From Tubiluchus corallicola (lineage: Eukaryota; Animalia; Priapulida), in assembly GCA_030141605.1 (NCBI GenBank), contig JAQGDQ010002424.1:1-50935 (forward strand): a stretch of 50,935 bases of DNA, written 5' to 3'. Within the stretch, counting starts at the first letter, position 1. Each line of letters begins with the position of its first letter. The notes beneath the pieces were generated by a model, which ran no database searches, had not been told where the DNA came from, and worked only from the letters and a program-made list of their open reading frames with translations. Positions 36,881 to 48,309 of this stretch are shown in pieces. Both the position numbers and the translations under genes were made by a program.

Positions 36881-38824
36881 ATGATAAATATAACTTTACC
36901 AGATGGAAGTGTAAAACGATACCCCCAAAGTGTTACTGGCTATGATATAGCTATGGACATAAGTGAAGGGTTAGCACGCAATGCGTTATCTATAAAAGCA
37001 AATAATGAAGTTTGGGAATTAAACAGAAAAATAACACAAGATGCAAACGTAGAGATACTAACATGGAAGGATAAAGAAGGGAAAATGACTTTTTGGCACT
37101 CCTCTGCACACCTCATGGCAGAAGCATTAGAAAACATATACCCCGGAATAAAGTTCGGAATAGGTCCTCCCATTGAAAACGGCTTTTATTACGACGTAGA
37201 CCTTGACAATGTAAAGTTTAACCCCAACGAAGACATTCCCAAAATTGAGGCGAAAATGTTAGAGTTGGCAAAGCAGAAAAATCCATATAAAAGAGAAAAA
37301 GTAAGCAAAAAATCTGCTATTAAGTTTTTTAAAGAAAAAAATGACGAGTATAAAGTAGAATTACTACAAGACTTAGAAGATAGCACAATAACATTCTACC
37401 ATCAAGGAACATTTACAGACCTATGCAAAGGACCACACATTCCACATACAGGGTTGATAAAAGCTGTAAAAATACTCAACATAGCAGGAGCATACTGGAG
37501 AGGAGATGAGAAGAGAAAACAGCTTACAAGATTCTACGCCATATCGTTTCCCAAACAAAAAGAATTGAAAGAACACTTGCACATGTTAGAGGAAGCCCAA
37601 AAACGAGACCATAGAAAAATTGGAAAAGAACTTGAATTGTTTACATTCTCAGAAAATGTTGGTTTAGGATTGCCTTTATGGCTACCTAAAGGCGTGATTT
37701 TAAGAGAACGGCTAGAAGACTTTCTAAAAAAGGAACAAGTTAAAGCTGGATATTAGCCTGTAATAACTCCACATATAGGCGGAAAAAACCTATACATGAC
37801 CTCAGGGCATTATGAAAAATACGGTAGTAGTTCGTTTCAACCAATCACCACCCCCAATGAAAATGAAGAGTTTTTGCTAAAGCCAATGAACTGTCCACAC
37901 CATTGTGAAATATACAAGAGTAAACCCCGCTCCTACAAAGAACTACCTTTACGCTTAGCAGAGTTTGGCACCGTATACCGTTATGAGCAAAGCGGTGAAC
38001 TGCATGGACTAACACGCGTAAGAGGGTTTACACAAGACGATGCTCACATTTTTTGTACACCATCACAGGTAAAAGAAGAATTTAAAAAAGTAATAGACTT
38101 AGTGCTATATGTATTCAAAAGTCTTGGTTTTAGTGAGTTTTTAACCCAAATTTCATTAAGAGATGAAAATGATAAAACCAAATACATTGGTGGTGATGAG
38201 CTTTGGCAGACCGCAGAAAACGCCATTTTAGAAGCCGCAAAAGAAAAAGAATTGAACACAACAACAGAGTATGGCGAAGCAGCTTTTTATGGTCCTAAAT
38301 TAGATTTTATAGTAAAAGATGCACTGCAAAGGCGTTGGCAGTTAGGGACAATTCAAGTAGATTATCAGCTGCCTGAGCGGTTTCAGTTAGAATATATAGG
38401 CTCTGATAATCAAAAGCACCGTCCAGTTATGATTCACAGAGCACCTTTTGGCTCTATGGAACGTTTCATTGCCTTACTAATAGAACATTGCGGAGGAAAA
38501 TTTCCATTTTGGCTTGCCCCCGAACAAGTCATTGTCCTGCCTATTTCTGAAAAATATAGCTCATATGCACAAAAGACACTCCTTTCTCTACAAGAAAAAG
38601 GATTTATAGGAAGCATCGATAACAGAGATGAAAAAATAGGTAAAAAGATAAGAGATGCAGAAATTAAAAAAACACCTTTCATGTTAATTTTAGGAGAGAA
38701 AGAAAATGCAAACCAAACGGTAACCATTAGACAACATGGAAAAGGTGACTTAGGAACATTTACATATGATGAAATGGTAACTTTCTTTTTGAACGAAAGT
38801 TATAAAAGCCAAAATTTAAATTAA
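36881..38824 (+). CDS. thrS: Threonine--tRNA ligase with one in-frame TAG at 37754-37756
   Basis: TGS and editing domains, [50 protein letters not shown]; both listed ORFs are in one frame ([11 protein letters not shown]). Confidence 0.95.
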
Positions 38825-38862
38825 AAATTCTTTTTTTTAGGAATTGTTTAAAAATTTAATTT

Positions 38863-38870
38863 TATATTTG
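38863..38870 (+). promoter_or_regulatory. -7 promoter element of infC-rpmI-rplT
   Basis: TATATTTG(CA) 22 nt before the infC start. Confidence 0.7.
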
Positions 38871-38892
38871 CAGAATAAAAAAATATTAAAAC

Positions 38893-39441
38893 GTGGCATC
38901 ACAAAGGAAATATTATTCTAGAAGAAAAGAAGAACCCTTTAAGATTAATGAAAATATACGCTCTTCTACGGTTAGACTAATAGGAGACGATATAGAACAA
39001 AGCATTTGCTCATTACAAGAAGCACTAGAAAAAGCGGAGCAAGCAGAGTTAGACTTAGTAGAAATATCGCCTAACGCTAACCCTCCCGTATGTAAAATTG
39101 TAGATTATTCAAAATTCAAGTACGAGCAAAAGAAACGGCAAAAAGAACTGAAGTCTAAAACATCTAAGTCCGTGCTGAAAGAAATACGTTTTACCCCTAA
39201 TATTAATGATCACGATTTTAACTTTAAATTAAAACACGCTATCAACTTCTTAAAAGAAGGAAATAAAGTAAAAGCGTATGTGCATTTTTTTGGACGAACG
39301 ATACTATATAAAGATAGAGGAAAAGTATTAATAGATAAATTTATTAAAGAGCTAACAGAATATGGAAAGGTAGATGGAGTCCCCCGATTGGAAGGAAAAA
39401 GGCTAATTGTACATCTTTCCCCTATTTCTAAAAAGAATTAA
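38893..39441 (+). CDS. infC: Translation initiation factor IF-3
   Basis: INENIR, LDLVEISP.ANPPVCKI.DY.KFKY, KEIRF; between thrS and rpmI; GTG start. Confidence 0.97.
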   Translation: MASQRKYYSRRKEEPFKINENIRSSTVRLIGDDIEQSICSLQEALEKAEQAELDLVEISPNANPPVCKIVDYSKFKYEQKKRQKELKSKTSKSVLKEIRFTPNINDHDFNFKLKHAINFLKEGNKVKAYVHFFGRTILYKDRGKVLIDKFIKELTEYGKVDGVPRLEGKRLIVHLSPISKKN

Positions 39442-39453
39442 ATATTAAATAAC

Positions 39454-39654
39454 ATGCCAAAAGTAAAAACAAAAACAAAATCAGGAGCTAAGAAAAGATT
39501 TAAAATTACAGCAACAGGGAAGATCAAAAGGAAACACGCTTATAAGAGCCATATTTTGACAAAAAAATCAACAAAAAGAAAGCGAAATTTAACAAAGTCC
39601 ACGCTAGTAAACACATCAGATGTAGGAAGAGTTAAAAAAATGTTAAATATCTAA
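39454..39654 (+). CDS. rpmI: 50S ribosomal protein L35
   Basis: [31 protein letters not shown]. Confidence 0.98.
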   Translation: MPKVKTKTKSGAKKRFKITATGKIKRKHAYKSHILTKKSTKRKRNLTKSTLVNTSDVGRVKKMLNI

Positions 39655-39685
39655 CCAAGAAATAAACTATTTAAATTGAAGTAAA

Positions 39686-40033
39686 ATGCCAAGGTCAGTA
39701 AATTCAGCCGCTTCAAAAGCAAGAAGGAAAAAAATACTAAAGTTTGCCAAAGGATATTGGGGGAGAAGAAAAAATGTTTGGACAGTTGCAAAAAATGCCG
39801 TAGAAAAAGGGTGGCTTTATTCATATAGAGATAGAAAAACTAAAAAACGCGAATACCGTTCGTTGTGGATAATGAGAATTAATGCTAAGTCCAGAGAGCA
39901 TGGAATGTCATATTCACAGTTCATTAATAGCTTGAAAAAAGCTAATGTTGAAATTAATAGAAAGGTATTGGCAGATTTAGCCATGAACAATCCAAAAGCA
40001 TTTGATGCCATTGTTAAAAAAGTCACTAAGTAA
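39686..40033 (+). CDS. rplT: 50S ribosomal protein L20
   Basis: [39 protein letters not shown]. Confidence 0.98.
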   Translation: MPRSVNSAASKARRKKILKFAKGYWGRRKNVWTVAKNAVEKGWLYSYRDRKTKKREYRSLWIMRINAKSREHGMSYSQFINSLKKANVEINRKVLADLAMNNPKAFDAIVKKVTK

Positions 40034-40117
40034 CACTCTTTAACACATAATATCAATACGCTTTACTACAATATAGATTAACAGAAACTTTGAGAAGTCA
40101 ATTTTTCTTTGTTTCAA

Positions 40118-40702
40118 ATGAAGAAAAATATAGCAATATTTGCATCGGGTAATGGAACAAATGCAGAGCATATTATCCAACATTTTAAAAATCATCCAAA
40201 AATATCTGTCTTCCATGTTTTTTGCAATAAAAAAGATGCCTATGTGCTCAAAAGAGCAAAAAACCATAACATCTCCTACACTGTATTTAGCAAACAAGAG
40301 CTACATGAAACAGATAAAGTAAAAAAGACACTGCAAAAACATGATATCCATTTTGTTGTGCTAGCAGGATTTTTATTACTAATTCCAGCAAAATTGATAG
40401 CTGAATACCCCAAAAAAATGCTAAATATTCATCCCGCCTTACTGCCTAAATATGGCGGAAAAGGTATGTATGGGATGAATGTACACAAAGCAGTGATAGA
40501 AAACAAAGAGAAAGAAACGGGAATTACAATCCATTATGTCAATAAGAATTTTGATGAAGGGGAAATAGTGTTTCAAGCCAAATGTGATGTTGCGCCATCA
40601 GATACTTTTGAGGATGTTGCTCGTAAAGTGCATCAATTAGAATATCTACACTTTGCAAAAATAATAGAAGAGTGCATTCTAAAAGAGTTCAACGATGTAT
40701 GA
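40118..40702 (+). CDS. purN: Phosphoribosylglycinamide formyltransferase
   Basis: FASGNGTN, LAGF, NIHPALLPKYGGKGMYG, ETGITIHYV..DEG. Confidence 0.96.
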   Translation: MKKNIAIFASGNGTNAEHIIQHFKNHPKISVFHVFCNKKDAYVLKRAKNHNISYTVFSKQELHETDKVKKTLQKHDIHFVVLAGFLLLIPAKLIAEYPKKMLNIHPALLPKYGGKGMYGMNVHKAVIENKEKETGITIHYVNKNFDEGEIVFQAKCDVAPSDTFEDVARKVHQLEYLHFAKIIEECILKEFNDV

Positions 40703-40839
40703 TAATTTTTTGAATTGTATGTAAAAAGCCACACTTTAGCGTTGTAGCATTAAACGAAAATCAGCTAAACAGTAGAAGCTATCAAAAGAGAAATTTAAGT
40801 TATATGTATAGTAAGGATTGAAAAAAAACAAAATGTTAG

Positions 40840-41037
40840 CTATCCTTCTTCGTATTTTCTTTTCATTTTTTGCCTATACTTTGCACGCAAAATTTCATTT
40901 CTTCTTGCCACAGAAGGCTTTTCAAAGTATGCTTTTTTTCTTACAGTTTTTATAACTCCTATTCTCTCGAACTTCTTTTTAAACCTTCTAAGAGCTCTAT
41001 CTACTGTTTCATTATCTTTAACGTGTACAATAATCAT
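40840..41037 (-). CDS. rpsU: 30S ribosomal protein S21
   Basis: DRALRRFKKK, FEKPSV.RR; TAAATTTG promoter element at 41080-41087. Confidence 0.96.
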   Translation of the reverse strand: MIIVHVKDNETVDRALRRFKKKFERIGVIKTVRKKAYFEKPSVARRNEILRAKYRQKMKRKYEEG

Positions 41038-41126
41038 ATAATATCTTTGTTATTAGTAACTGACCTTAAAATCAAATAGCAAATTTACAATATGTTATAC
41101 TATTTGGCAAACAAATAATTATTTTT

Positions 41127-42184
41127 TTATAATTTCTTTTCTCTATGGCTTAAGTCTTCAAAATACTCACCGAAAGTTAAATATTTAATTCTATCCAAAT
41201 CAATAAAATCATATGGATATCCCATTTCTATACCGCTAATTTTGTCTAATTTTTCAATTGATTTTCAGGGAGTTCTATGTGTAAATATTGAATAACATCT
41301 TCAAATTGCGCCAATGTTCTCGCCCCTATTACAGGTATTATATTATGGTGGCGTTGCTTCATCCAAGCAAGTGACACTTGCGCTGGGGTAATTTTCTCTT
41401 GCTTTGCTATTTCTACAATCTTTTCTATAATAGGCTTATACTTAGGGCTTAAATGCCTGTCATCTTTTGGAAGCCTTTTCAAGTCATCACCAGAGGTCAA
41501 ATATTTTCCTGTTAATGCTCCCGCCCCCAATGGAGACCACGCTGTCACAGTAACATCTAATGCCGTTGCCATTGGCAAGATATCTCTGTCTATTGACCTC
41601 TCTATTAAACTATATTCATTGGTAGATGCAATAATAGGATTCCATCCTCTCAACTCGGCAATAGCATTGGCTCGCGATACAATCCATGCCGGCACATTAG
41701 AGACGCCTATGTAATGTACTTTTCCGCTTTCTATCAAATCATTAGAAGCTCTCAAGTATTCTTCTATTGGGGTGGTAAAATCCCACATATGGACATACAA
41801 CAAGTCTAAATAATCTGTCTTCAGGCGTTTTAAGGTTGCTTCCACACTGCGTATCATGTTTTTTCTATGATTGCCACAAGCATTCGGGTCTTTGGGGTCA
41901 TCAGATAGTGTATACTTACTAGCAAGAACAAAAAAATCTCTATTTGACTTTATAAAATCAGCTAAATATTTCTCACTTGTTCCTTCTGTGTATTTGTTGG
42001 CAGTATCAATAAAATTACCTCCTAAGTTCGCATATGCATCAAATATGGCTCGTGATTCTTCTTTATTAGATCCCCAAGAGTGCTCTTTGCTATCCCAATC
42101 GTTCCCAAAAGTCATAGTTCCCAACGACACTTCGGATACTCGCAAACCACTTTTACCTAATAATTTATATTTCATTCTTTTCAT
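41127..42184 (-). CDS. Aldo/keto reductase, apparent frameshift at 41250-41254 near the C-terminus
   Basis: LGKSGLRVS..LGTMTFG, GGNFIDTAN.Y, DLLYVH, WSPLG.G.LTGKY, IGART; after ENQLK continues in another frame LDKISGIEMGYPYDF... to TAA 41127; the listed upstream extension runs into tRNA-Phe and is not real. Confidence 0.88.
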
Positions 42185-42273
42185 TTTTGCTAATTTTATT
42201 GTGTTTTTAAGATACTTGTAGTCTGAGTAAAATCTGATAAAAATTAAAACTAACGCTTTTTTAAAACACCTCC

Positions 42274-42309
42274 AAAAAAAAGACAAGGCAATAGCAATTG
42301 CCTTGTCTT
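42274..42309 (-). terminator. Intrinsic terminator after tRNA-Phe
   Basis: 13-bp perfect stem AAGACAAGGCAAT / ATTGCCTTGTCTT, 4-nt loop, T run on - strand. Confidence 0.85.
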
Positions 42310-42317
42310 CTTGCCTA

Positions 42318-42343
42318 TGGTGGTGACGAGTGGAATCGAACCA

Positions 42344-42387
<44 letters not shown>

Positions 42388-42393
42388 ATCACC
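42318..42393 (-). tRNA. tRNA-Phe(GAA)
   Basis: GGTGATGTAGCTCAGTTGGTAGAGC...; anticodon arm ACGGA-CTGAAAA-TCCGT; encoded CCA; TATATTTG promoter at 42408-42415. Confidence 0.97.
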
Positions 42394-42561
42394 AACATTA
42401 ATCATTGCAAATATACAAAAAAATTAAAACACTCAATACTATGAATACAAATATTTTTCAAAAAAAGGCAGTATTTATACAATAAAAGCAAATAATCGCC
42501 TGAATTAGTTATAAACACTGTATTTTTTTGGAAAATATTTGATATTTTTATAAAATAGGCG

Positions 42562-42569
42562 TATCTTTG
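42562..42569 (+). promoter_or_regulatory. -7 promoter element of the NSS transporter gene
   Basis: TATCTTTG(CA) with TTTG about 20 nt upstream. Confidence 0.7.
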
Positions 42570-42617
42570 CAAACTTGACTATTTCATATCAAACACAACA
42601 AATCAGCTAAATGAATT

Positions 42618-44006
42618 ATGATAAAATTAAGAAAAACTAAAATCAAAGTTAAAAGAAGGGATCTATTTAGTAGTAAACTTGGGGTCATACTTGCAGCTAC
42701 GGGGTCTGCTATTGGGCTGGGTAACATATGGAAATTTCCATACATGGCTGGTCAACATGGAGGCGGAGCATTTTTACTACTGTATCTAATATTTGTATTT
42801 ACAATAGGTATGCCTATAATGATGACAGAATTTGTTGCTGGTCGGTCAACACGCTCAAATCCTCATTCTGCTTTTAAAAAATTAACAGAGAACAAATTTT
42901 TTAAACACGTTGGAATGATTGGCATATTAGCCTGCTTTATCATACTTTCATTCTATGGAGTAATCGCTGGATGGACGTTAGAATATACTTTTAGAGCAAT
43001 AACAAATTCCTTTTCAGGAAAAGACGCAAGTACATTATTGCAAGAATTCAACGCCTTTAAACAACACCCAATAAAGCCCATATTTTGGCAATTTTTATTT
43101 ATGGCTCTCACAGGAGGAGTAGTTTTTTTTGGAATAAAAAAAGGTATAGAGCGATTTTCAAAAATCTTAATGCCTATTTTATTTGCCATTTTAATATTCA
43201 TTCTTATAAAAACTCTATTTCTAACAAAAAATGGTGTTTCAGGTACAGAAGGAATAATGAAATTGCTCGATCCTGACTTCTCAAAAATAAGCATAAGAAC
43301 TATATTAGATGCTCTCGGACAATCGTTTTTCTCTTTAAGTATAGGACTTGGAGTAATGATAACTTACGGATCATATATTCCTGCAAAAAATAATTTGACA
43401 AACACTTCAGTGCAAGTTACTATTTTAGACACTCTAATTGCCATAATAGCAGGAATGGTGATATTTTCCATAACATGGGTTTTTGTTATTCATCCCGATG
43501 AGGGCATGGGACTTACATTTATCTCTTTGCCAAATATTTTTGACGATATGGCAGGGGGCGTTGTTTGGGGTATTTTATTTTTTGTGCTATTAGCGTTAGC
43601 AGCACTTACCTCTACAATATCTACTTTAGAAGTGCTTATTTCTTATGCCACAGAAGAGTTAAACATAAAAAGGGGCAAAGCCACTATAATATTTACATTA
43701 ATTTGTTCTGCATTAGGGGCTATATGTTCTCTTTCTCTTGGGCAAAAATTTTTACAAATTAAAGGGAAACCAATCTTTGATATTTTAGATGTGTTTGCTT
43801 CAAACATATTATTACCATTAGGTGGGCTACTTGTTTGTATATTCTTTGGTTGGTTTTATAATTCAGATAAAATAAAAGAAGAGCTATCAAATCAAGGAGA
43901 ATTAAAGTTAAAGTTTTTTCAATTCTTTATGTTCTTCATAAAATATATCATTCCTATAGCTATTCTCATAATACTTGTTTATGAATGGCTTGGTCGTATT
44001 TTATAA
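42618..44006 (+). CDS. Sodium-dependent transporter, neurotransmitter:sodium symporter (NSS/SNF) family
   Basis: GSAIGLGNIWKFPY, GGGAF, GIER, ALGQSFFSLSIG.G.MITYGSY, AALTS.IS.LE. Confidence 0.94.
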   Translation: MIKLRKTKIKVKRRDLFSSKLGVILAATGSAIGLGNIWKFPYMAGQHGGGAFLLLYLIFVFTIGMPIMMTEFVAGRSTRSNPHSAFKKLTENKFFKHVGMIGILACFIILSFYGVIAGWTLEYTFRAITNSFSGKDASTLLQEFNAFKQHPIKPIFWQFLFMALTGGVVFFGIKKGIERFSKILMPILFAILIFILIKTLFLTKNGVSGTEGIMKLLDPDFSKISIRTILDALGQSFFSLSIGLGVMITYGSYIPAKNNLTNTSVQVTILDTLIAIIAGMVIFSITWVFVIHPDEGMGLTFISLPNIFDDMAGGVVWGILFFVLLALAALTSTISTLEVLISYATEELNIKRGKATIIFTLICSALGAICSLSLGQKFLQIKGKPIFDILDVFASNILLPLGGLLVCIFFGWFYNSDKIKEELSNQGELKLKFFQFFMFFIKYIIPIAILIILVYEWLGRIL

Positions 44007-44019
44007 AGCAAAATAAAAT

Positions 44020-44066
44020 ACAGAAGGGAGAAAAAGGACTTATAAAACCCTTTTTCTCCCTTCTGT
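44020..44066. terminator. Bidirectional terminator between convergent transporter genes
   Basis: 18-bp perfect inverted repeat ACAGAAGGGAGAAAAAGG / CCTTTTTCTCCCTTCTGT. Confidence 0.85.
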
Positions 44067-44078
44067 TTATATGTTTAT

Positions 44079-45922
44079 TTACGCTTTCTTTTTTCTATAT
44101 TTATCAATTTTTAACTTGCCAAGTAGTCTAAATAGTATATACGTTCCAACAAGCGCCCCAGATAATAATGATATCCCTAATGTGAAGTTTTGATAAACTA
44201 AATTTCCTATTCCAAACAGTGCAAAATAAATACTCACACACCCTATAAACACACACAATATCTGAAGTGGCATTTCCCATGCCTCTCCTTTTTCCTTTTT
44301 ATTAATAACAACTCCTTCTTTCTTTGCATCATTTATTACTTTTTTCCATCCAGGACCTCCAGGATGTGTAAGTTTATAAAACTTTCTTAGTGTCTCTTTA
44401 TTTTCAGGTCTTGTGATAAATGTAACCACTATCCATGTAACAGTCGTCACACCAACAGCAATTAGAAGCCTCGTAGAAGTCCAATCTATAAGCCTGCCTT
44501 CATTAAAAGTTTTAGCAAAATCAGAATCAAAACCAAACACTAACACGCATGCTGTAATAGTAGCAACAATCATAGCTATTAGCTCTGTCCATGCATTAAT
44601 TCTCCACCAGAACCATCTTAAAAGGTAAATAGCTCCTGTTCCTGCCCCCGACAATATTAGAATATCAAAGGCTTGCGTAGCATTATTTAAAAGTGTCAAT
44701 GCAATAGTTCCTGCAACAACCATAAGTGATACAGTAGTAATTCTTCCTACCAACACCAGTTCTTTCTCTGTAGCGTTGGGTTTGACGATTCGTTTATAGA
44801 AATCATTTACAAAATATGAAGACCCCCAATTAAGGTGTGTTCCTATTGTAGACATATATGCGGCAATAATTGAAGCCACAACCAAGCCTAACCATCCAGA
44901 AGAGAGTTTTGTAAGCATTACAGGATAGGCAATATCATCTTTTAAGTATGTGTCAGAAACATTTGGAAAAGCTGCTTTTATGTCTTCCAATCCGGGATAT
45001 ATAATAATAGAAGCCAACGCTACAATTATCCAAGGCCACGGGCGAAGTGCATAGTGTGCAAAGTTAAAAAATAGTGTTGCTCCTACTGCGTTTTTTTCAT
45101 TTTTGGCAGAAAGCATTCTCTGAGCTATATAGCCTCCTCCTCCAGGCTCAGCACCGGGATACCACACTGACCACCATTGTACCGCTATTGGTATTATAAA
45201 AAGAGGTATTAAAGCAGACAGATCTCCAAAATCAGGAAACATATTCATTGTTTCTTGTAATTTAGGATGCGAAAGAAGATTGCTCAAACCGCCTACTTCT
45301 GGTTGATTTACAGCCACCACAGCTGCAAATACAGCACCAAACATGGCAATAGAATATTGAAAAAAATCTGCCCATATGACACCTTTCAAGCCGCCTAAAG
45401 AGGCATACACCACTACTACAATCGAAGCTCCTACAACACTTATCCATGGTTCAATTCCAAACATAATAGCTCCAATTTTAATAGCTGCCAACGATACTGT
45501 TGCCATAATGAGGCAATTAAAAAATATGCCTAAGTATATGGCTCTAAATATCCTTAAGAAAGAAGCAATTTTACCGCTATATCTTATCTCATAAAACTCC
45601 AAATCTGTCATTACTTCTGAGCGGCGCCACAGTTAGCATAAATAAAACTGTTACCATACCTGTAAGCAAAAATGCCCGCAAGCCCAGTTTTTTTGCTTAC
45701 GCTGTTTTCCCTAACCATTCCTGTTACCAAGTTAGGGGTGTCTGCCGAAAAGGTACACGCTACCATTGATGCTCCTAATAGCCACCAAGGCATGTTTCTT
45801 CCTCCTAAGAAAAATTCTGATGCACTTTTTCCCGCTGTTTTAGCTGCCCATAAACCTATTAGTATAAGTATTAGGAAAAAAACACCTATAATGAGCCAAT
45901 CTAGAGTTTGTAAATAAATCAT
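44079..45922 (-). CDS. Sodium:solute symporter (SSS) family protein, garbled/frameshifted around 45630-45705
   Basis: FFLGGRNMPWWL.G.SMVA.TFSADTP, PGAEPGGGGYIAQRM, LRPWPW, HLNWGSSY, LRWFWWRINAW; the two listed ORFs are halves of one gene. Confidence 0.88.
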
Positions 45923-45954
45923 TTTGTATAAAATTTTCTGTTTCTATAAATAAA

Positions 45955-47899
45955 TTAATAGTGGTAGCGTTTGAATGCTTCCATGGCTTCATATTCTGCC
46001 AAGCCCAATAAGTCATATTTTTGTGCCAATTTTTCGGTTCCTATCTTCAGCTTCAAGGTTGTCTCTAGCATCGCTACCCGGAAAAGCTACAATGTCTTTT
46101 TGTGAGCGGTGCTTAAAGATAGCGTCTCTTTTTTTCAATACCTCATCAGGACTTAACGGCACTGACATATCTATTTCATCAAGAGGCCATTCGTGCCATG
46201 CTCCTCTATATAGCCACAACCAACAATCCTTTATCCATTTTTCGCCTTTCACTCTTTTCAATGCCTCAAAGATAATATCTAAACATACCCTATGAGTACC
46301 GTGCGGGTCTTCTAAATCGCCTGCCGCATACACTTGATGAGGTTTTACTTCTTGCAATAAATCTACTACAATTTTTATATCCTTTTCACTATGAGGGTTT
46401 TTCTTCACTTTTCCTGTTTCATAAAAAGGCAAGTTTAAGAAATGGATGTTTTCATTAGGAACGCCAACATACTTACAGCCCGCTCTGGCTTCTGTTTTTC
46501 TTATAAGCCCCTTAATTGTCCTCACTTCATCAATATCAGGTTCGGTTGGTTTCTTTTTCTCAATATTTTCTATTACTTTATTGTAAAGTTTCTCTTTTTG
46601 TTCTGTGTTGCCCTTTAAAATTTCTGTTATTTCTTTCAAAAAGTCTATGTTTTGTATCACGTCATCATCTGACACAGCTATATTCCCTGAAGTTTGATAC
46701 GCTACATGAACATCATGCCCTTGATCTACGAGCCTAATAAAAGTTCCTCCCATTGAAATCACATCATCGTCAGGATGCGGGCTAAATAAAACCACTCTTT
46801 TTTTTGCCGGCTCTTTTCTTTCAGGTCTATTAGTGTCATCTACATTTGGCTTTCCACCAGGCCACCCTGTAATAGTGTGCTGAAATTCATTAAATAGTTT
46901 GATATTTAACGAATACGCTTTCATATATTTATTAATTAAATCTCCCATTCCATTATCGCTATAATCCCTATCCGTAAGTTTCAATATGGGTTTGTTTAAT
47001 TTATGACAAAGCCATACTACCGCGCGTTTTGTCATTTTTTCCGTCCACTCTATCTTACCCGCCAACCAAGGAGTTTTTTTTCTTGTGAGCTCTGATGCGG
47101 CTTCTTTGTTCAAAAAGAAAGTCACATTTTGATGACGTTGTAAGAATGTAGCTGAAATAGCACTATTTATATTTCCTTCTATCGTTTTTTGAATGATTTT
47201 ACTTTTAGTTACTCCCCATGCCATCAAAGCAATGCGTTTTGCTTTCATGATTGTCCTTACTCCCATTGTAATGGCTTGCCGAGGCACATTGCTTTCGGTA
47301 AAAAAATCAGCTGCAGCGTCTATCCGTGTAACATGGTCAAGCGTGATTAGTCTTGTTCTGGAACGTTCATGTGACCCTGGTTCGTTGAACCCTATGTGCC
47401 CTGTTCTTCCTATACCCAGAACTTGATAATCCAGCCCTCCTACCTCTTTTATTTTGGCTTCATACCCTTTGCAAAAGCCCTCTATCTCCTCTCGTTTGAG
47501 TGTTCCATTGGGGATGTGTATATTTCCCTTGTCAATATCTATGTGGTCAAATAAATTTTTATACATAAATTGAACATAACTTTGACTATCATTGGGGGGC
47601 ATGGGATAATACTCATCTAAATTAAAGGTTATTACATCTTTAAAGCTTAACCCTTCTTTTTTGTGCAACCTAATCAAAACTTTATAAAGTTTTTTGGGCG
47701 AAGACCCCGTAGCAAGTCCTAATACGTATTTTTCTCCTTTAGCGTTTTTTTCACGAATACCTTGTTCTATTTCACGTGCTATAATTTCTACTGCCTCTGC
47801 CTGGTCTTCAAATATTTCCGTATGAATTTTTTCGAAATTATAAGCCTTACTTGATACCCAAGCTTCTCTTGAAATGGTTCTTTGTTTTTTATTTTTCAT
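45955..47899 (-). CDS. nagB: Glucosamine-6-phosphate deaminase fused to PIG-L/LmbE-like domain; apparent frameshift at 46030-46034
   Basis: LGLATGSSP, FNLDEY, LGIG.TGHIGFNEPG, SPHPDDDVISMGG, DPHGTH; expected tail YDLLGLAEYEAMEAFKRYHY* lies in another frame. Confidence 0.93.
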
Positions 47900-48000
47900 T
47901 GTTTTATATCAAAATGTTATTATGTAACAACTAACAACAATATTATGGTTGATTTTTATTTTTTATGCACTATATTATTATGTGCTATTGAATTTCAATC

Positions 48001-48309
48001 CTAAAAAAAATTGTTTGGCAACGGCATTCCCAATATTTTTTGAGCTTCTTCTTTTTTCAATTCTGTTGCTTTTCCAAAGGCATTATTGCATGCGGCAATA
48101 AGAAGGCTCTGCAATGTGTCCTTGTTTTCTGTACTCACAAGGTCATTATCCATGTCTATAGCCAATATTTTGCAATTGCCATTAATGGTTACAGTGACCA
48201 TATCCCCTCCCGCACTTCCTTTGGTTGTTAAGCGCTGCAACTTCTGTTCTATTTCGGCCATTTTGCTTTGAATTTCTTTGGCTTTTTGAAGCATATCATT
48301 GATATCCAT
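48001..48309 (-). CDS. YbaB/EbfC family nucleoid-associated protein
   Basis: M..MLQKA..IQ, G.AGGDMVTVT.NG, LQ.LLIAA.N.A. Confidence 0.92.
   Translation of the reverse strand: MDINDMLQKAKEIQSKMAEIEQKLQRLTTKGSAGGDMVTVTINGNCKILAIDMDNDLVSTENKDTLQSLLIAACNNAFGKATELKKEEAQKILGMPLPNNFF

Noticed and set aside
26905-37756. TAG stop-codon reassignment (TAG inside recQ and thrS)
   Set aside because: The recQ TAG replaces a conserved Trp while the thrS one does not; prfA is intact and several genes (pruA, FKBP, rpsU, ybaB) end normally in TAG
42185-42352. N-terminal extension of the aldo/keto reductase
   Set aside because: Runs through the tRNA-Phe 3' half and its terminator; homology starts at MKYKLLGKSG
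21316-42393. tRNA-anchored genomic island or prophage
   Set aside because: No integrase, no duplicated tRNA 3' ends noticed, and flanking genes are housekeeping
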